A DNA stretch of 64,000 nucleotides. It comes from Eledone cirrhosa (lineage: Eukaryota). The notes below the pieces were generated by a model. It was given only the letters and a program-made list of their open reading frames with translations. It did not search any database and was not told the origin of the DNA. Where the stretch lies: assembly GCA_964016885.1 (NCBI GenBank), contig OZ024749.1, positions 38,378,001-38,442,000 of the forward strand, read 5' to 3'. The stretch's first letter is position 1; every line of letters begins with the position of its first letter. The position numbers were made by a program, and so were the translations under genes. Shown here in pieces: positions 13,871-30,096 of this stretch.

Positions 13871-14858
13871 GGCATCTACACCCGTATATATGTGTGGGGG
13901 TGTGTGTGTCTGTCTGTGTATCTGTTGGTCTGTGTGTGTGTGTGTGTGTGTATGTGTGTGTATGTGTTCGTGTGTGTGTGTGTGTGTGTTGATGCATGCA
14001 CAAACATATCATATATCTTACTCTACATGTCAATTGTACATGTAAAAAAAATGTCCGTCATTGGTGAATTCATGTGAAATTCACATCACTGACTTGAGTG
14101 GTTGTTATAAAAAGTTTATGCAGTTTGCTGCCTAGATATAGTTGCCTCGCTACACAGTAAGACAAAATACGTCAGTTTGTCTTCGTTCATTTAAAGCGTT
14201 TGTCGCAGTGACACAAACACTGACACACACTCATATATGTGTGTGTGTGTGTGTGTGTAAGTGCTGGATGTGTTTGTGTGTTTCTGTGTGCGTGCCTGTA
14301 TGTGTGTATCTGTTTGTGTGTGTATGAACGTGTGTTGTGAGATTTGTTCTATTTGTGATTGGAAGCAAATATAATCATTGGTGATTGGAAACATAGAGAA
14401 ATCAGTTGTGTGTGTTATCGATCGTGTATCTATAACTGATATTTTATGTATAGATATATTGGAAGTTCTCAGAAATGTTTAACATTTACTGCCAAGCCAT
14501 AAAAGTTGGTAGACGTGCAAAGTCTTTGGAAAACACTCATTAAACCTCGACGTTTGTGGAAATACTTTTCATTTGAGTCTTTTACTGATGTCAGTCAATG
14601 AACTGTGGCCATGCTGAAGCACTATTCTCAAAGCATTCCGTCCGTTATATGGCCTACACTATCACAGATATCGCTACGGTTGTGCTGTTTTTATTTCATT
14701 CATCGTTCTAATAAGCTTTTAAAAGTTGTAAAGTAGAAATTAACGACGGCCCAGTACAAGATGAACAACGCCGGGTATTTCTTTTCAGATGAGGTGTCCT
14801 CATACATGCTGAGCTCTCCCTCTTTCTCTTTCTCTTTCTCTTTCTCACTCTCTCTGTC

Positions 14859-14899
<41 letters not shown>

Positions 14900-14956
14900 A
14901 TATATATATTATAGATATATATGTGTGTGTATGCATGTATATATATATATATATAT

Positions 14957-15150
14957 AAATGGAATAGAATGAAACGAAATTTCATTTCTCACTCTTAGTA
15001 CGGCACTTACTTAAATGTAGGTATGTATGTATACGTACATACATATATGTATACAGACGTACAGTAGCATGTATATATATACTATATATACATACAGGCA
15101 CACATATATACATGCACGTATCAGTTTACCGAACATTTATTATAATAAAT
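14957..15150 (+). mobile_element. TA-nested MITE family C, left TIR plus body
   Basis: Starts aaatggaatagaatgaaacgaaatttcatttctcactcttagtacggc; the reverse complement of this ends the copy at 54696-54928. Confidence 0.75.
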
Positions 15151-15171
15151 ATACATACATACCTACATTTA

Positions 15172-15216
<45 letters not shown>

Positions 15217-16069
15217 AGATATCTGCATATATGTACATCCCCTATCCGTTGCCACTCTAAAACAACAAATTCTTTCAATTTATCGTTCAGTGTTGCTTAG
15301 ACAAACTTATCGACTCGTGTTGTTTTGGGACAATGATAACAGTATATTCCTATTATATATATACATACATAATAATAGAATTATAATTTTACCTTTTCTA
15401 TACATATATATATATAATAGTTAAATAAAATCATAAGTGGGTGAGTTATCACTAAAATAAATAATAAATATTAGCAAATATGCACATATTTGCTAATACG
15501 GACATAAACGACAAACGAATACAAGCATTTCATTTCCACTTCAGCCTCACATTGGAAATACAAATTCGCGCGTTAGGTCGTTTATGACCGATTTTCTGTG
15601 TACATTTGCTAATATTTATTGTACTGGTAACTGCTATGCACTGCATGACAACCACTGTTGGTTTTGTTATTAAATCTTACTCTCTATTACTCTGTCTCTC
15701 AGCGTTACATATTGCGCATACGCCCTTGCCTTTGGTTGGGTTAGATAATTGAGTGGTTTAGATAATTTTGTATGTCTTTTCAGCAGAAATACTAGATTGT
15801 GTTCCCCTGTGTGGTATATTTTGTGTTCAGTGATTTTGTTATTATGTTGTTCGGTATTCTCCTTTAATTCTAACTAGGTCCTGTAGATGTTATGGGTCAG
15901 AAATTGTGTTAACGACCAACCTACTATATATTCATCTCGCTTACTCACTTTCTCTCTCTCTCTCGCCCTTTCTCTCACTCTTTATATATCTATATGTGTA
16001 TATATTATATTATATTATATTATATATGTATATATATATATATTTATATATATATATATATATTTATAT

Positions 16070-16627
16070 ATACAATATGTTGAAAAGGTAACACACTAGA
16101 GAGAGATATACAGTGCGCTATCAATAAAACAGGGAAAAAACCGCCAGTGTATGGAATCTATAACCTATGAAAGGCAGACTAATGACACGATAATTAAAAA
16201 TATAAATTAAAGCGTAAATAAATACCTCTATAACTATATAACACACGTACAAATCCAAAGAGATCTGTTTCACCAGTAAGTTGTTGACAGAAATGGAATA
16301 ACCCCGAGGTTATTCCATTTCTGTCAACAACTTACTGGTGAAACAGATCTCTTTGGATTTGTACGTGTGTTATATAGTTATAGAGGTATTTATTTACGCT
16401 TTAATTTATATTTTTAATTATCGTGTCATTAGTCTGCCTTTCATAGGTTATAGATTCCATACACTGGCGGTTTTTTTCCCTGTTTTATTGATAGCGCACT
16501 GTATATCTCTCTCTAGTGTGTTACCTTTTCAACATATTGTATTTTAAAGAGCTCAGGATTTCTTCTCCTTTGAGCACATTATTTACAGGGAATGGCGAGG
16601 GTCTATGGCTCCGTTAATTTATCGTTA

Positions 16628-16628
<1 letters not shown>
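16070..16628 (+). mobile_element. TA-nested family F fold-back element: near-perfect palindrome of about 473 bp plus tail of about 85 nt
   Basis: 16070-16303 pairs with 16308-16542 (loop ccga, one indel seen). Contains hammerhead 3' half gaaa-cagatc...gatttg-ta-cgtgtg. Confidence 0.92.
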
Positions 16629-16670
<42 letters not shown>

Positions 16671-16968
16671 TAGCTGGCCTGACCGCTGGCGCCCGGCTAG
16701 GTATACCGGCATTTTATCTTTTCAGGAATCCCCCCCACACCCCAGTGCAAAGATACCGCACGCCCTCTCAATTCAACAAGAGGGGGGGTAACGCGCTCTT
16801 ATGTTGGGTTTGAATAGATTTTAGGATTCCCCAGTTCAGCAGCCAGTACGTTAAAGAAAATTGATAGTTACAACAATAAAGGCTGAACAGAGAACAAATT
16901 TTTTTAACAAACTTTACAATAATTTGTACAACCATAATGGAAACTCCAAGTAACAGAAAATACATAAA

Positions 16969-17165
16969 TTACATTGTTAGAGCCTCAGAGTATACAATAT
17001 TTTTTGTTCGGCCCTCGAGAGCAAAGATGAAGAGATTGTTTGGCGAGCTCACCCTAGAGCATCCTAGATACAATTGACCATGGGAGAAGCATGGTTTTCC
17101 CAGATGAAGGCCAGCCACTTTTAGGGTTTGACCCTGAGCTTTGTTGATGGTAATCGCGAAGCTTA
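16969..17165 (-). pseudogene. Helitron Rep-Hel Pif1 helicase C-terminal fragment
   Basis: LSFAITINKAQGQTL..AGLHL..PCFSHGQLYLGCSRV...TKNIVYSEAL matches Pif1 motifs V/VI as found in Helitrons. Confidence 0.92.
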
Positions 17166-17368
17166 GTCTCTCTCTGTTGCTCAAGTAACATTTTTTCTTC
17201 TGGAAAATCTGATCTTGCGGCCAGGCTGGGACCTTTTGGGTTGCATATCGGCAGTAACAATGACGATAAGCCGTTTGTGCTTTCGTGAAATAAATACGTT
17301 TGTTTATATTTTGTTTTTATGAATAGCAAAAATATCTGTACATGAATATATAATTATATATATATATA

Positions 17369-17675
17369 TATTAAAATAACAGATTAAATTTAAGCAAAGA
17401 ATCGCTGCTTTCACCCTTAACGGGATCTTCTGAAACTAAAAAAATCAATCTGTGAACGAAGAAGTAAATATTTCGAAAAACGCTGCAACCGAAGGAAAAC
17501 AGGAAGGCGATACTTTGGATCGTGAAGACCTTCCCTGGCAATGAACTGAAAAAAGCGAAGATAATACGTCAGCAATAATAACAATGTTTGCTCTAGGGTT
17601 CTTATATATTTGATATATATTTATCCTTATCGAGCCCTCTTTGGATTTTAGTCTTCACATTTATTATTATTACTA
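17369..17675 (+). mobile_element. TA-nested family G element (inverted arm plus tail) with variant hammerhead
   Basis: Begins tattaaaataacagattaa (inverted arm), ends cgagccctctttggattttagtcttc..ttattattattact. Homologues at 36812, 39858, 43082, 54451 and 56890. Confidence 0.8.
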
Positions 17676-18115
17676 ATTATATGTTTTGAGAGGGTGTGCG
17701 GTATCTTTGCACTGAATTAATTAAAAGTTGGTTAGAAGCGAAGTCAATGCAGACAGGCATCCAGACAAACAGATATTATATGCGTGCGACGTGATAGCTA
17801 TGTATCTATTGCAGACAGCCAGACGTACAGAGACATATTATAAGGGCGCGACGTTGTAGCTATGTATCTATCTAAAAAGACAGACTAAGAAAGAGAGAGG
17901 AATGTCGTATAACCGGAAGTGTTGACATTTGAACATTTTAAAGAAGTAAATATTTAAATAAACGATAAAATACCTTTAATCTTTTAACGAAATTTAGAAG
18001 ACAAAAATACCCTCACTTTCTTACTTAGGAAAAAGTTACATCTATGGTGCAAATTTGGTGCTTTTTGGTCCAGCGGTTTGGCGAAAAGTTTGTTACATAC
18101 ATACGGCCGTCAGCT

Positions 18116-18193
<78 letters not shown>

Positions 18194-18246
18194 CACATAT
18201 ATATATATATATATATGTACACACACATATATATGTATATATTTTC

Positions 18247-18420
18247 TAATAAACAACACAATACAATTATTCCATTTACCCCAGGTTTCGATGAACGACT
18301 TCGGACGCCTCTGTTGAGGTCGCCTGTCTTCGTGAAACCTTGGGTAAATGAAATAATTGTATTGTGTTGTTTATTACATAATTAAATAGCTCTGTACTAT
18401 ACATAGAGCACTCTTCTTTC
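18247..18420 (+). repeat. TA-adjacent inverted repeat (43-bp arms, 44-nt spacer) with gaaa-cc-ttg-gg-ta motif
   Basis: 18247-18289 is the reverse complement of 18334-18376 with about 2 mismatches. Confidence 0.85.
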
Positions 18421-18481
18421 CTTTACCTTTTTCTACGGAGATACTTCATATATATGTATATATACATATATATATATGTAT

Positions 18482-18533
<52 letters not shown>

Positions 18534-19394
18534 ATGTGTGGCGGTGATGATGGTGATGTTATTCACAACGATGACAACTGAAGAAGAAGAAGAAGAAGAA
18601 GAAGAAGAAGAAGAAGAAGAAGAAAGAAAAAAAACAGACATAAACAGTAAGTACAGAACTACCATCACATAAAACAATTTCGTTAACTTCTTCCTAAAAG
18701 CTCTTGAGAGATATTTCAGTTTTCATAAGTCATAAAAATGTCGCCAACTTAACACATTGTCTTCCGTCTTGTGACATTATCTAAATATTTACAAAGAAAC
18801 TTGGTTTGGTTTTGTTGTCAACTTAACAATAACTCTCAACTTATTCATTCACCGATTCTCAGAAAGAATTATTGTTATCTTTTTTTTTTTACATCTCTAT
18901 TTTCTCTGTCCATGTTTCTTTCAGATTTTTTTTTTTTTCCAAAATATTTAAAGAGAAGTTTTGTTTTGTTTTTCTTTTATAGTTTTTTAGCTGGAAAGTA
19001 AACAATAACTGTAGAGTTTGTAATACACATTTTCTAAGATCTTCATCATCATCAACAACATCATCATCATCGTCGTCGTCATCATCCTTATAAATGTTTT
19101 CATTGCATGCTGTCACACCATTATCGGACATACTTCCATGTGCCTTGGGTATGTGCAGTATTGTTGTTGATGTTTATTTGTTTGCGGTTGTTGTTGTACC
19201 CATTGTGTGTTGTTATTATAAATATTCATTCGGTCATTTCATGCCAGTTCTGCATCACCAGATGTACCTCATTCTTCCTGAGGGGTGTGTGCAGGTTTGC
19301 GAGTTTTATTATTATGTGGGTGTCGTGTTGAGGGGGTGTATACACTTTATTTTATTACATGGTTATTGTATAGTGGGTGTTACGTGTGAAGATT

Positions 19395-19525
19395 ATTCTA
19401 TCTGAGCTGTGATACTGAATCGATAATGCCCTGCTCAGAATGTGGGCTGTTCCTAACAGAGCTATTTGTTTGACATCTTGTAACGTTATGTTCCCTGGTA
19501 TGGGTTCTATAATTTTATTCATATT
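19395..19525 (-). pseudogene. R4/Dong-type LINE 3' coding fragment
   Basis: IPGNITLQDVKQIALLGTAHILSRALSI; same tail motif as 63561-63680. Confidence 0.7.
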
Positions 19526-19584
19526 TGTTTGTTTATCATATTTTATGCTCCAATCTTCATTTACTCTGTTTGTTCCATCGTACC

Positions 19585-20288
19585 CCATGGCAATTATTCG
19601 AATTGAAAACAAAACCTGAGTACTGTTCTACAATAATACTATCTGACAGGCTCTAAGAACCAAAGAGTAACCAGTGACAACTGAAAACCAAACCCTGACT
19701 GCAACATAACCAACAAGTAATCATGCCACAGGCAATTACTGAGAATTGAAAATCAAACGCCGACTGCAATATAACCAACCAATAACCACATCGCAGAAAT
19801 CAGTGAGAATTGTAAACCAAACATCGACTGCAATATAACCAACCTGTAACCATGCCACAGCAATCACTGAGATTTGAAAGCCAAACATCGACTGCAATAT
19901 AACCAGTCAGTAACCATGCCACAGCAATCACTGAGAGTTGAAAGCCAAACATTGACTGCAATATAACCAGTCAGTAACCATGCCACAGGAATCACTGAGA
20001 TTTGAAAACCAAACCTTGACTGCAATATAACCAGCCAGTAACCATGCCACAGAAATCAGTGAGAATTGTAAACCAAACATCGACTGCAATATAACCAGTC
20101 AGTAACCATGCCACAGAAATCAGTGAGAATTGTAAACCAAACCTTGACTGCAATATAACCAGTCAGTAACCATGCCACAGACATCAGTGAGATTTGAAAA
20201 CCAAACATCGACTGCAATATAACCAGTCAGTAACCACGTCACAGACATCAGTGAGATTTGAAAGCCAAACATCGACTGCAATATAAAC
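19585..20288. repeat. Minisatellite of about 64 bp, roughly 10 copies, degenerate on the left
   Basis: Unit aaccatgccacagcaatcactgagatttgaaagccaaacatcgactgcaatataaccagtcagt. Confidence 0.95.
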
Positions 20289-20479
20289 TAGCATAGCACT
20301 ACAAAGTACCAAAAAGTGATGTCGTCGCCGCAATCATTAAATATGAATAGAAATTCTGTTATGGTGACAAAAGAATCTGCCATTTTCATATTTATGAAGC
20401 AGAATAGGATAATAATTACCATCTTCCCTCAGTTGACATTTTAGGTGAATGCATAGAGTGTATATATGAATGCATATGT

Positions 20480-20591
<112 letters not shown>

Positions 20592-20749
20592 GAATGTAAC
20601 AAGTATTGGCACACATGCACACATACAAAGGAACGTGTATGTATATGTATAGGTGGGGGCAGGCGTATGTGCATACTGCTGAGTTCCATTTATCTCGCAA
20701 TAGAAGGGAAACCTTGAGTATTATCCTCTCTCTCTCATTCTCTATCTCT

Positions 20750-23089
<2,340 letters not shown>

Positions 23090-23558
23090 TTCAGACTTCT
23101 CCCATAAAGGTACAATTGAAAATTGAAGAGAAAGACTTTTCTGCTGTATTCCCAGGTTTTCATCTTTACTATTGAGAAAACTAAAAAGGAATGTCATTTA
23201 TGAATATAATGATTTTTAAAACGATTTCCAGCCTTTTGTATTGTTATCTTCTTAAACACTATGGAGAATAGTTTCCATAAATTAATAATAGTAATATGAT
23301 AATAATAATTATGATCTAAATAATGATAAAAAAAAAACCGTAATTTGATTTTGAAAGGACTGGAAGTAAATATAGAATCGTGTATCGGTATATATGTATA
23401 AATATATATATACATATATATATGTATATGTATATATCTATATATGTATATGTATATATAATTATATATATATATATTTATATTTATATTTATATATATA
23501 CATATACATATATATATATGTATATATATATATGTATGTATATATATATATATGTATG

Positions 23559-23589
<31 letters not shown>

Positions 23590-23798
23590 TGTTATACCTG
23601 GGGAGGGTCATATTTGTGTAATATTGCCAGAATTAATAACAGAACACACTCACCGTTTGGTTGGTTTACGCTTTTCGCTTCTGTGTCTTTTATATCGACA
23701 CTCGATTTCATATAAAAAACTTCGCAAAACTAATTCATCGCCGTTATTACATATATACATATATATACATACATTTATATATATATATATATACATAC

Positions 23799-23831
<33 letters not shown>

Positions 23832-23838
23832 TACACAC

Positions 23839-23872
<34 letters not shown>

Positions 23873-23913
23873 GTATGTTTGTGCGTACGTATATATATGA
23901 TGTTTGTGTTTAC

Positions 23914-23973
<60 letters not shown>

Positions 23974-24271
23974 ATAGAGCGAGAGAGAGAAGAGGAAGAA
24001 GAAGGATTTATTTAAATCATTTAATTTACGACCTTATCGTTAGACTAACAAGAAAAGTTAACGTAACTTCAGCAGAATCGATAAAATAGAAATGATATAT
24101 ACATTACATGGCCATGAATTCAAGAGCGAAAAGTATAATTGTTTTTTCCCGTTGTGGCTGAGTAGTCTAAAATCACATTGAGATTTATAATGTTCTTTTC
24201 CCTTATATTGTTGAGTTATTAACTCATTTAGACTTGTTTATATATATGTTTATATATATGTTTATATATAT

Positions 24272-24327
<56 letters not shown>

Positions 24328-24329
24328 GT

Positions 24330-25425
24330 GCTAAACAAACAGAATACCGTTCATATCTAATCCTTCGTGATGTCAGCTCACCCACCATCCCTCCAATATA
24401 TTACCATACAACATATTCTCAGAACACAGAGACGATTTAATCCATTCTCATGCCAGATAAAACATCATTTGTCCGAGATTCTACCGTATATTACTATAAA
24501 GCCCGGATCATAAATCAGAGTTGATACTTCCTGATGCCACCTCGAACAACATAAATTACTATACAACATAGAAACAATTGATCCTTCTTGATGCCAGCTC
24601 AACTACCGTCATATATTACTATACAACATAGAAACAATTGATCCTTCTTGATGCCAGCTCAACTACCGTCATATATTACTATACAACATAGAAACAATTG
24701 ATCCTTCTTGATGCCAGCTCAACTACCGTCATATATTACTATACAACATACCAACTACCGACATATATTACTATACAACATAGAAACAATTGATCCTTCT
24801 TGATGCCAGCTCAACTACCGACATATATTACTATACAACATACCAACTACCGACATATATTACTATACAACATACCAACTACCGACATATATTACTATAC
24901 AACATACCAACTACCGACATATATTACTATACAACATACCAACTACCGACATATATTACTATACAACATACCAACTACCGACATATATTACTATACAACA
25001 TACCAACAATTGATCCTTCTTGATGCCAGCTCAACTACCGACATATATTACTATACAACATACCAACTACCGACATATATTACTATACAACATACCAACT
25101 ACCGACATATATTACTATACAACATACCAACTACCGACATATATTATATACAACATACAAACAATTGATCCTTCTTGATGCCAGCTCAACTACCGACATA
25201 TATTACTATACAACATACCAACAATTGATCCTTCTTGATGCCAGCTCAACTACCGACATATATTACTATACAACATACCAACAATTGATCCTTCTTGATG
25301 CCAGCTCAACTACCGACATATATTACTATACAGCATACCAACTACCGACATATATTACTATACAACATACCAACAATTGATCCTTCTTGATGCCAGCTCA
25401 ACTACGCCATATATTACCATACAAC
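24330..25425. repeat. Two-module minisatellite (32-bp and 28-bp modules)
   Basis: Module A actaccgacatatattactatacaacatacca and module B acaattgatccttcttgatgccagctca, arranged as BA units with variable runs of A. Confidence 0.95.
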
Positions 25426-25897
25426 ACGTTTGAAAACAACCCGAGATCAGGTAAATAAGTACCTTACAAATTTCTAGTTAATTTATTATGACAAAAGCAG
25501 AGAAATTCAAATGTTCAAAGCAAAAATTTAAAAAAATGTAATGATGCTTGTTGAATTGTACCTTAAAGGAAAGGTTACACTTTATAGCTGTTTTATATTT
25601 TCTGAATATCAAACATGGCAATATCCTGTATGAACACAGAGATAGCGAGAGAGAGAATGAGAGAAATAATTTTCAGCATTACCATATGACAATGAAATAA
25701 AAGATAATGGGATATTTTTAATGAGGCATGAAATAATAATCATGAGCCCCTAGCCCACTTCACACACCAATCGCCATCAATATACATCTGATTTTATAAA
25801 GATTTCAAAGGTTTCAAAGCGATTATTTCCGGGAATATTTTGGCTTTTAATCTTTCACTGTTATCATAAATTGTGTTCAATATCAAATTGTGTTCGG

Positions 25898-25938
<41 letters not shown>

Positions 25939-26013
25939 GTGTGTGTGTGTATGTATGTATATGCATATATATATGTATCTCTCTCTCTCTCTCTCTATTT
26001 ATCTTTCTATCTA

Positions 26014-26060
<47 letters not shown>

Positions 26061-26167
26061 TGTGTGTTTTTGTGTTATAAACTTGTTAGACTCACTATAT
26101 ACCTTACTATCTTACTGTGTAGTAAAATGACTGGATACATCAATAGGTGTTTACCTCCCTCTTTCTC

Positions 26168-26214
<47 letters not shown>

Positions 26215-26394
26215 TCACATATGCATATTTATATAAATGTATATACATACACATATGCTTATATATATGTCCTACACACATACACACACACATATATATA
26301 TGGGGGAGGAGTCTGTGTGTGTAGGCTTGTTTGTGCGTTTATGTTTAATATTTATAAATATATGCGTTTATATCTGTAAGGATTTTTATATGAA

Positions 26395-26510
26395 GGAGTT
26401 TAGCTTTGCTTTTCATCCTTACGAGGTCGATAAAATGAAGCACCAGTAATGCTCTGGGGTCGATTTAATCGAATTTCCCCTCTCCTAAAACTGTGCCTAG
26501 ATCAAAATCC
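26395..26510 (+). mobile_element. 5'-truncated SINE family 1
   Basis: tttgcttttcatccttacgaggtcgataaaatgaagcaccagtaatg. Confidence 0.8.
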
Positions 26511-27624
26511 AGTATATATATATATATATATATATATTCGAAATTAAATGTGTGCTTACACACTTTTACAAATTATTCCCTGTGATTGTTTCATATGTTT
26601 ATTTTAGATATATATATAAGTCAATCAGTTTCTAGTTGATATATATATGTGTATATATACATATGTATATATATATATCATATGTGTATATATATATGTC
26701 TATGTGTGTGTGTGTGAGTATATGAGTGTGTCCCGTGTAGGTGGTGACCGTGTGTATGTGAGTGTATGTGTGTATGTGTGTGACTGAGTGTTTGCCTGTT
26801 TGCGCCCCGGTGTATATGTTTTCGTGTGTATGTATATATACACTGTCTCTGTGTCAATGCATAACGTACTGAAATGTGTATCGAAAAATGTGTATTGATA
26901 GTAAATGAAGATACCCAGGTGGAAATAGAGAAAAGAGGGGGGAGGGATATTTCAGTTAAGTTAATCCAATCAGCTCCTCAGGTATTTTGGACATTTTGAA
27001 AATATTAACGTTTATCTATTTCTCTTTGAAGTGTTAGAGTATTAATAATTAACAACAGTGCTGCCGAAAATAGAACTTCAAAACATATTTTAAAAGAGGA
27101 TCTCTGCAATTGAGACTTCAGAGAATTCACGCTGAGTTGCTTAGTTGTCGTTTAGGCATTCATGTATGTTTACTTCGTTGAAGCTTAATTGTTTTTCTGA
27201 TGATGATGATGGTGGTGGTGGTGGTTGTCGTTGTCGTCGTAGCGGTGGCGCTGGTTGTGATGGTGATTTAGCCCCTGAAACAGCTTTGATCCAGCGTATT
27301 TTTCATCTTCATAATGTGTCCGTCATTTTTTTAAAGGTAGGATGTGAGGGTGATTTGGCTGTTGTTTCTTTCCGGACGGGTTGACATTCAGGTGTGTGTG
27401 CTTGAATTAAGCACAGCTGTTGTAACTGGAGGTAAAACTGGTTGGTAGGTTACCTGACATTGTCTCACACTGATTTTGAGAGAGGATTACCTTAAAGGTA
27501 CAAATGTATACGAAATACTCAGCCAATTATAATATATACACTAAGAGACAATAAGATGGAATTCCCCAAACCAGTCTGGTCAAACGGTGTGTGTATGAAA
27601 TACTCATCCACATACATTCTAACA

Positions 27625-27944
27625 CAGGGGTGTGCAACATATTCCATTTGCAGCCACTTTTGAACATTGGAACAACTATTAGGGCCATTAATATTTATTA
27701 AGCACTATTCCAAACATTCACCACAATCTCTTTCCATAACATTGAACTGTGAATCTATAACACACATAACCCTATCAGTGAAGCCCTTTAGTATAGGTCA
27801 ACTAACAGAAAATGTTATTACGGTTGCGAAAAAAAAATTTAAATAAGCCTACAAGGTAAAAATCAAAAACGGTCATTGCGAGCCAACGTGACTTGTCTGG
27901 TGGGGCCAGATTGCGGCCTGCAGGCCGCCTGTTGCAGGTCGCTG
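27625..27944. mobile_element. hAT (Charlie-like) MITE, decayed
   Basis: Left end caggggtgtgcaac; right end gcggcctgcaggccgcctgttgcaggtcgctg; degenerate 8-bp TSD ttctaaca/tcccaaaa. Confidence 0.65.
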
Positions 27945-29018
27945 TCCCAAAATAATGAGAAACAGTGACAGTGAAGATATATATATCTGTATTTCAAAGA
28001 TCTGATATTGTCACCCTTTGGTACACTACATCAATGTAAAGATTACATCAAATGTAATGTATTTACGGAATATTCATCCACTTATTCTATATTTCAAATG
28101 GGATTGTAATCCGTTTGGCCAAACAACTGCAATAGTCATTGTCAAGATACATAAATGAACATCCCCAGTCTTTTGCACTCACAACTGAGCTACCGAAGTG
28201 AAGTCAGACGTAACGAAAGGTAACTTTTCTAACAAATGTTACTCAAAGAATTCGGTTTAAATTGATGGTTAAAGCAAGTACATTTTCACTTAAGAGACAA
28301 GGACTCTCGAAATATATACAAAAAATATCGCATCCTTTCATTTCGTGTATCGTTTATTTTTTTTTAGAAATATATAGAAAGCCCTTTGTGTATAGAAGTA
28401 TTAAGGCGATAGATTTAATATCCTGGCTTCATTGAATGTCAATGAGGTGCATCCAATAAATATATACTTTCGAGTATATAGTGGTCACGTTATGTGTTTT
28501 TATCAGTCAAACAACAACAACAACAACAACAAATACTAATAATAATGACAACAACATCAAAATTAATAACGATATTGATAGGAATATTTTTTGAAAAGTT
28601 ACACAAAATATACTTCGTAATTATACAGAGGATGTAATTTGAATGCGAAGCGGAAACTAAGTAATAACATTTACTCAGCTGAGGGAAAATCTTGATAATG
28701 AAATTAATTCGACACATGAGTACAGAGTGGCTATTGATAAATAAAATCGATAAAATAGTTTTCCTTACTCCCAGTACGTCGCTTTTTGAGTGCAACAGTT
28801 CGACATTTCAAATGATTGCTATCTGTTTAGATTAGATAGCAATAACTACTTCTCTCTCACCTTCTCTACGCTTCCTCTTTATACACACACAGACATGTAT
28901 GTATACATGTATATATATGTATATGTATATATATATGCATATATATATATGTATATATATATGCATATATATATATGTATATATATATACATACATATAT
29001 ATATATATGTATATATAT

Positions 29019-29059
<41 letters not shown>

Positions 29060-29079
29060 TATATATATATACACACATG

Positions 29080-29143
<64 letters not shown>

Positions 29144-29154
29144 TATATATATAT

Positions 29155-29199
<45 letters not shown>

Positions 29200-29214
29200 T
29201 ATATATATATATAT

Positions 29215-29303
<89 letters not shown>

Positions 29304-29308
<5 letters not shown>

Positions 29309-29653
29309 AGAAGCAAAAAATTGCTTGTTGTGATCCAGTTCTTGGTTAAGAAAGCCAGTTTCATGGATGGTTTCAACGTACGGTTAGGGGTAACTCCACA
29401 AGTTTGTAAGAATTCCGTTCAATCTTGCAGTATAAAGTATAAAAGAGAAAGCACAGGTAAGCATTAAGAGAAGGATTTTATCCAGGTATTTACGACCGTT
29501 TCATTTTGAAAATTTGGAGTGTGAACAACAATTATAATTGAGTGGCTGCTATTTGCAGTATAGCAATAAAAGGTTGCACTTACCAATGAAACGGTCGTAA
29601 ATACCTGGATAAAATCCTTCTCTTAATGCTTACCTGTGTTTTCTCTTTTATAC

Positions 29654-29654
<1 letters not shown>
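29304..29654 (-). mobile_element. TA-nested fold-back element family I (70-bp arms, spacer about 80 nt, tail about 130 nt)
   Basis: 29436-29505 is the reverse complement of 29585-29654. Includes gaaa-cg-gt-cg-ta, a minimal stem III motif. Confidence 0.8.
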
Positions 29655-29684
<30 letters not shown>

Positions 29685-30054
29685 TAATATTAATAATATA
29701 GGCACATGACTATTGACTGTTTCTTTCTCTTTGGTCTTCGGAAGGGAGGTAAGCCTGTGGGAAATCTTCCTCCCTTCTCATTTTAGTAAATTAATTTCTG
29801 TAATTAATTTTTAATATTTAATTTAATTTTCAACTTGAGGATTTAATCCTTGTATATTTACACACAGGATGTTTCGAAATACCTATTTATTTTCGGTTCA
29901 ACAAGTTACAGGTAAGTTATTAGCTACATTAATTATAAACCTTATTTAGAATACTTATTTTACAGGTAGTGATGAAGTTGTGACGGATAAAATAGATAAA
30001 AATTATTTAAGAAATTTATATATGTATGCGTGTTTTTTGAAAGTATGTGTATAC

Positions 30055-30096
<42 letters not shown>

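Larger units (their letters stand above)
16670..18122 (-). mobile_element. Non-autonomous Helitron with nested family G insertion
   Basis: Minus-strand 3' end is a GC-rich putative hairpin followed by CTAG at 16670. 5' end reads tattataaagctg...gtatgtatgt...accgctggacc. Carries a Pif1 fragment. Confidence 0.7.

Noticed and set aside
24540-25420. CRISPR-like array
   Set aside because: Intervening sequences are repeated modules, not unique spacers; eukaryotic context and no cas genes.
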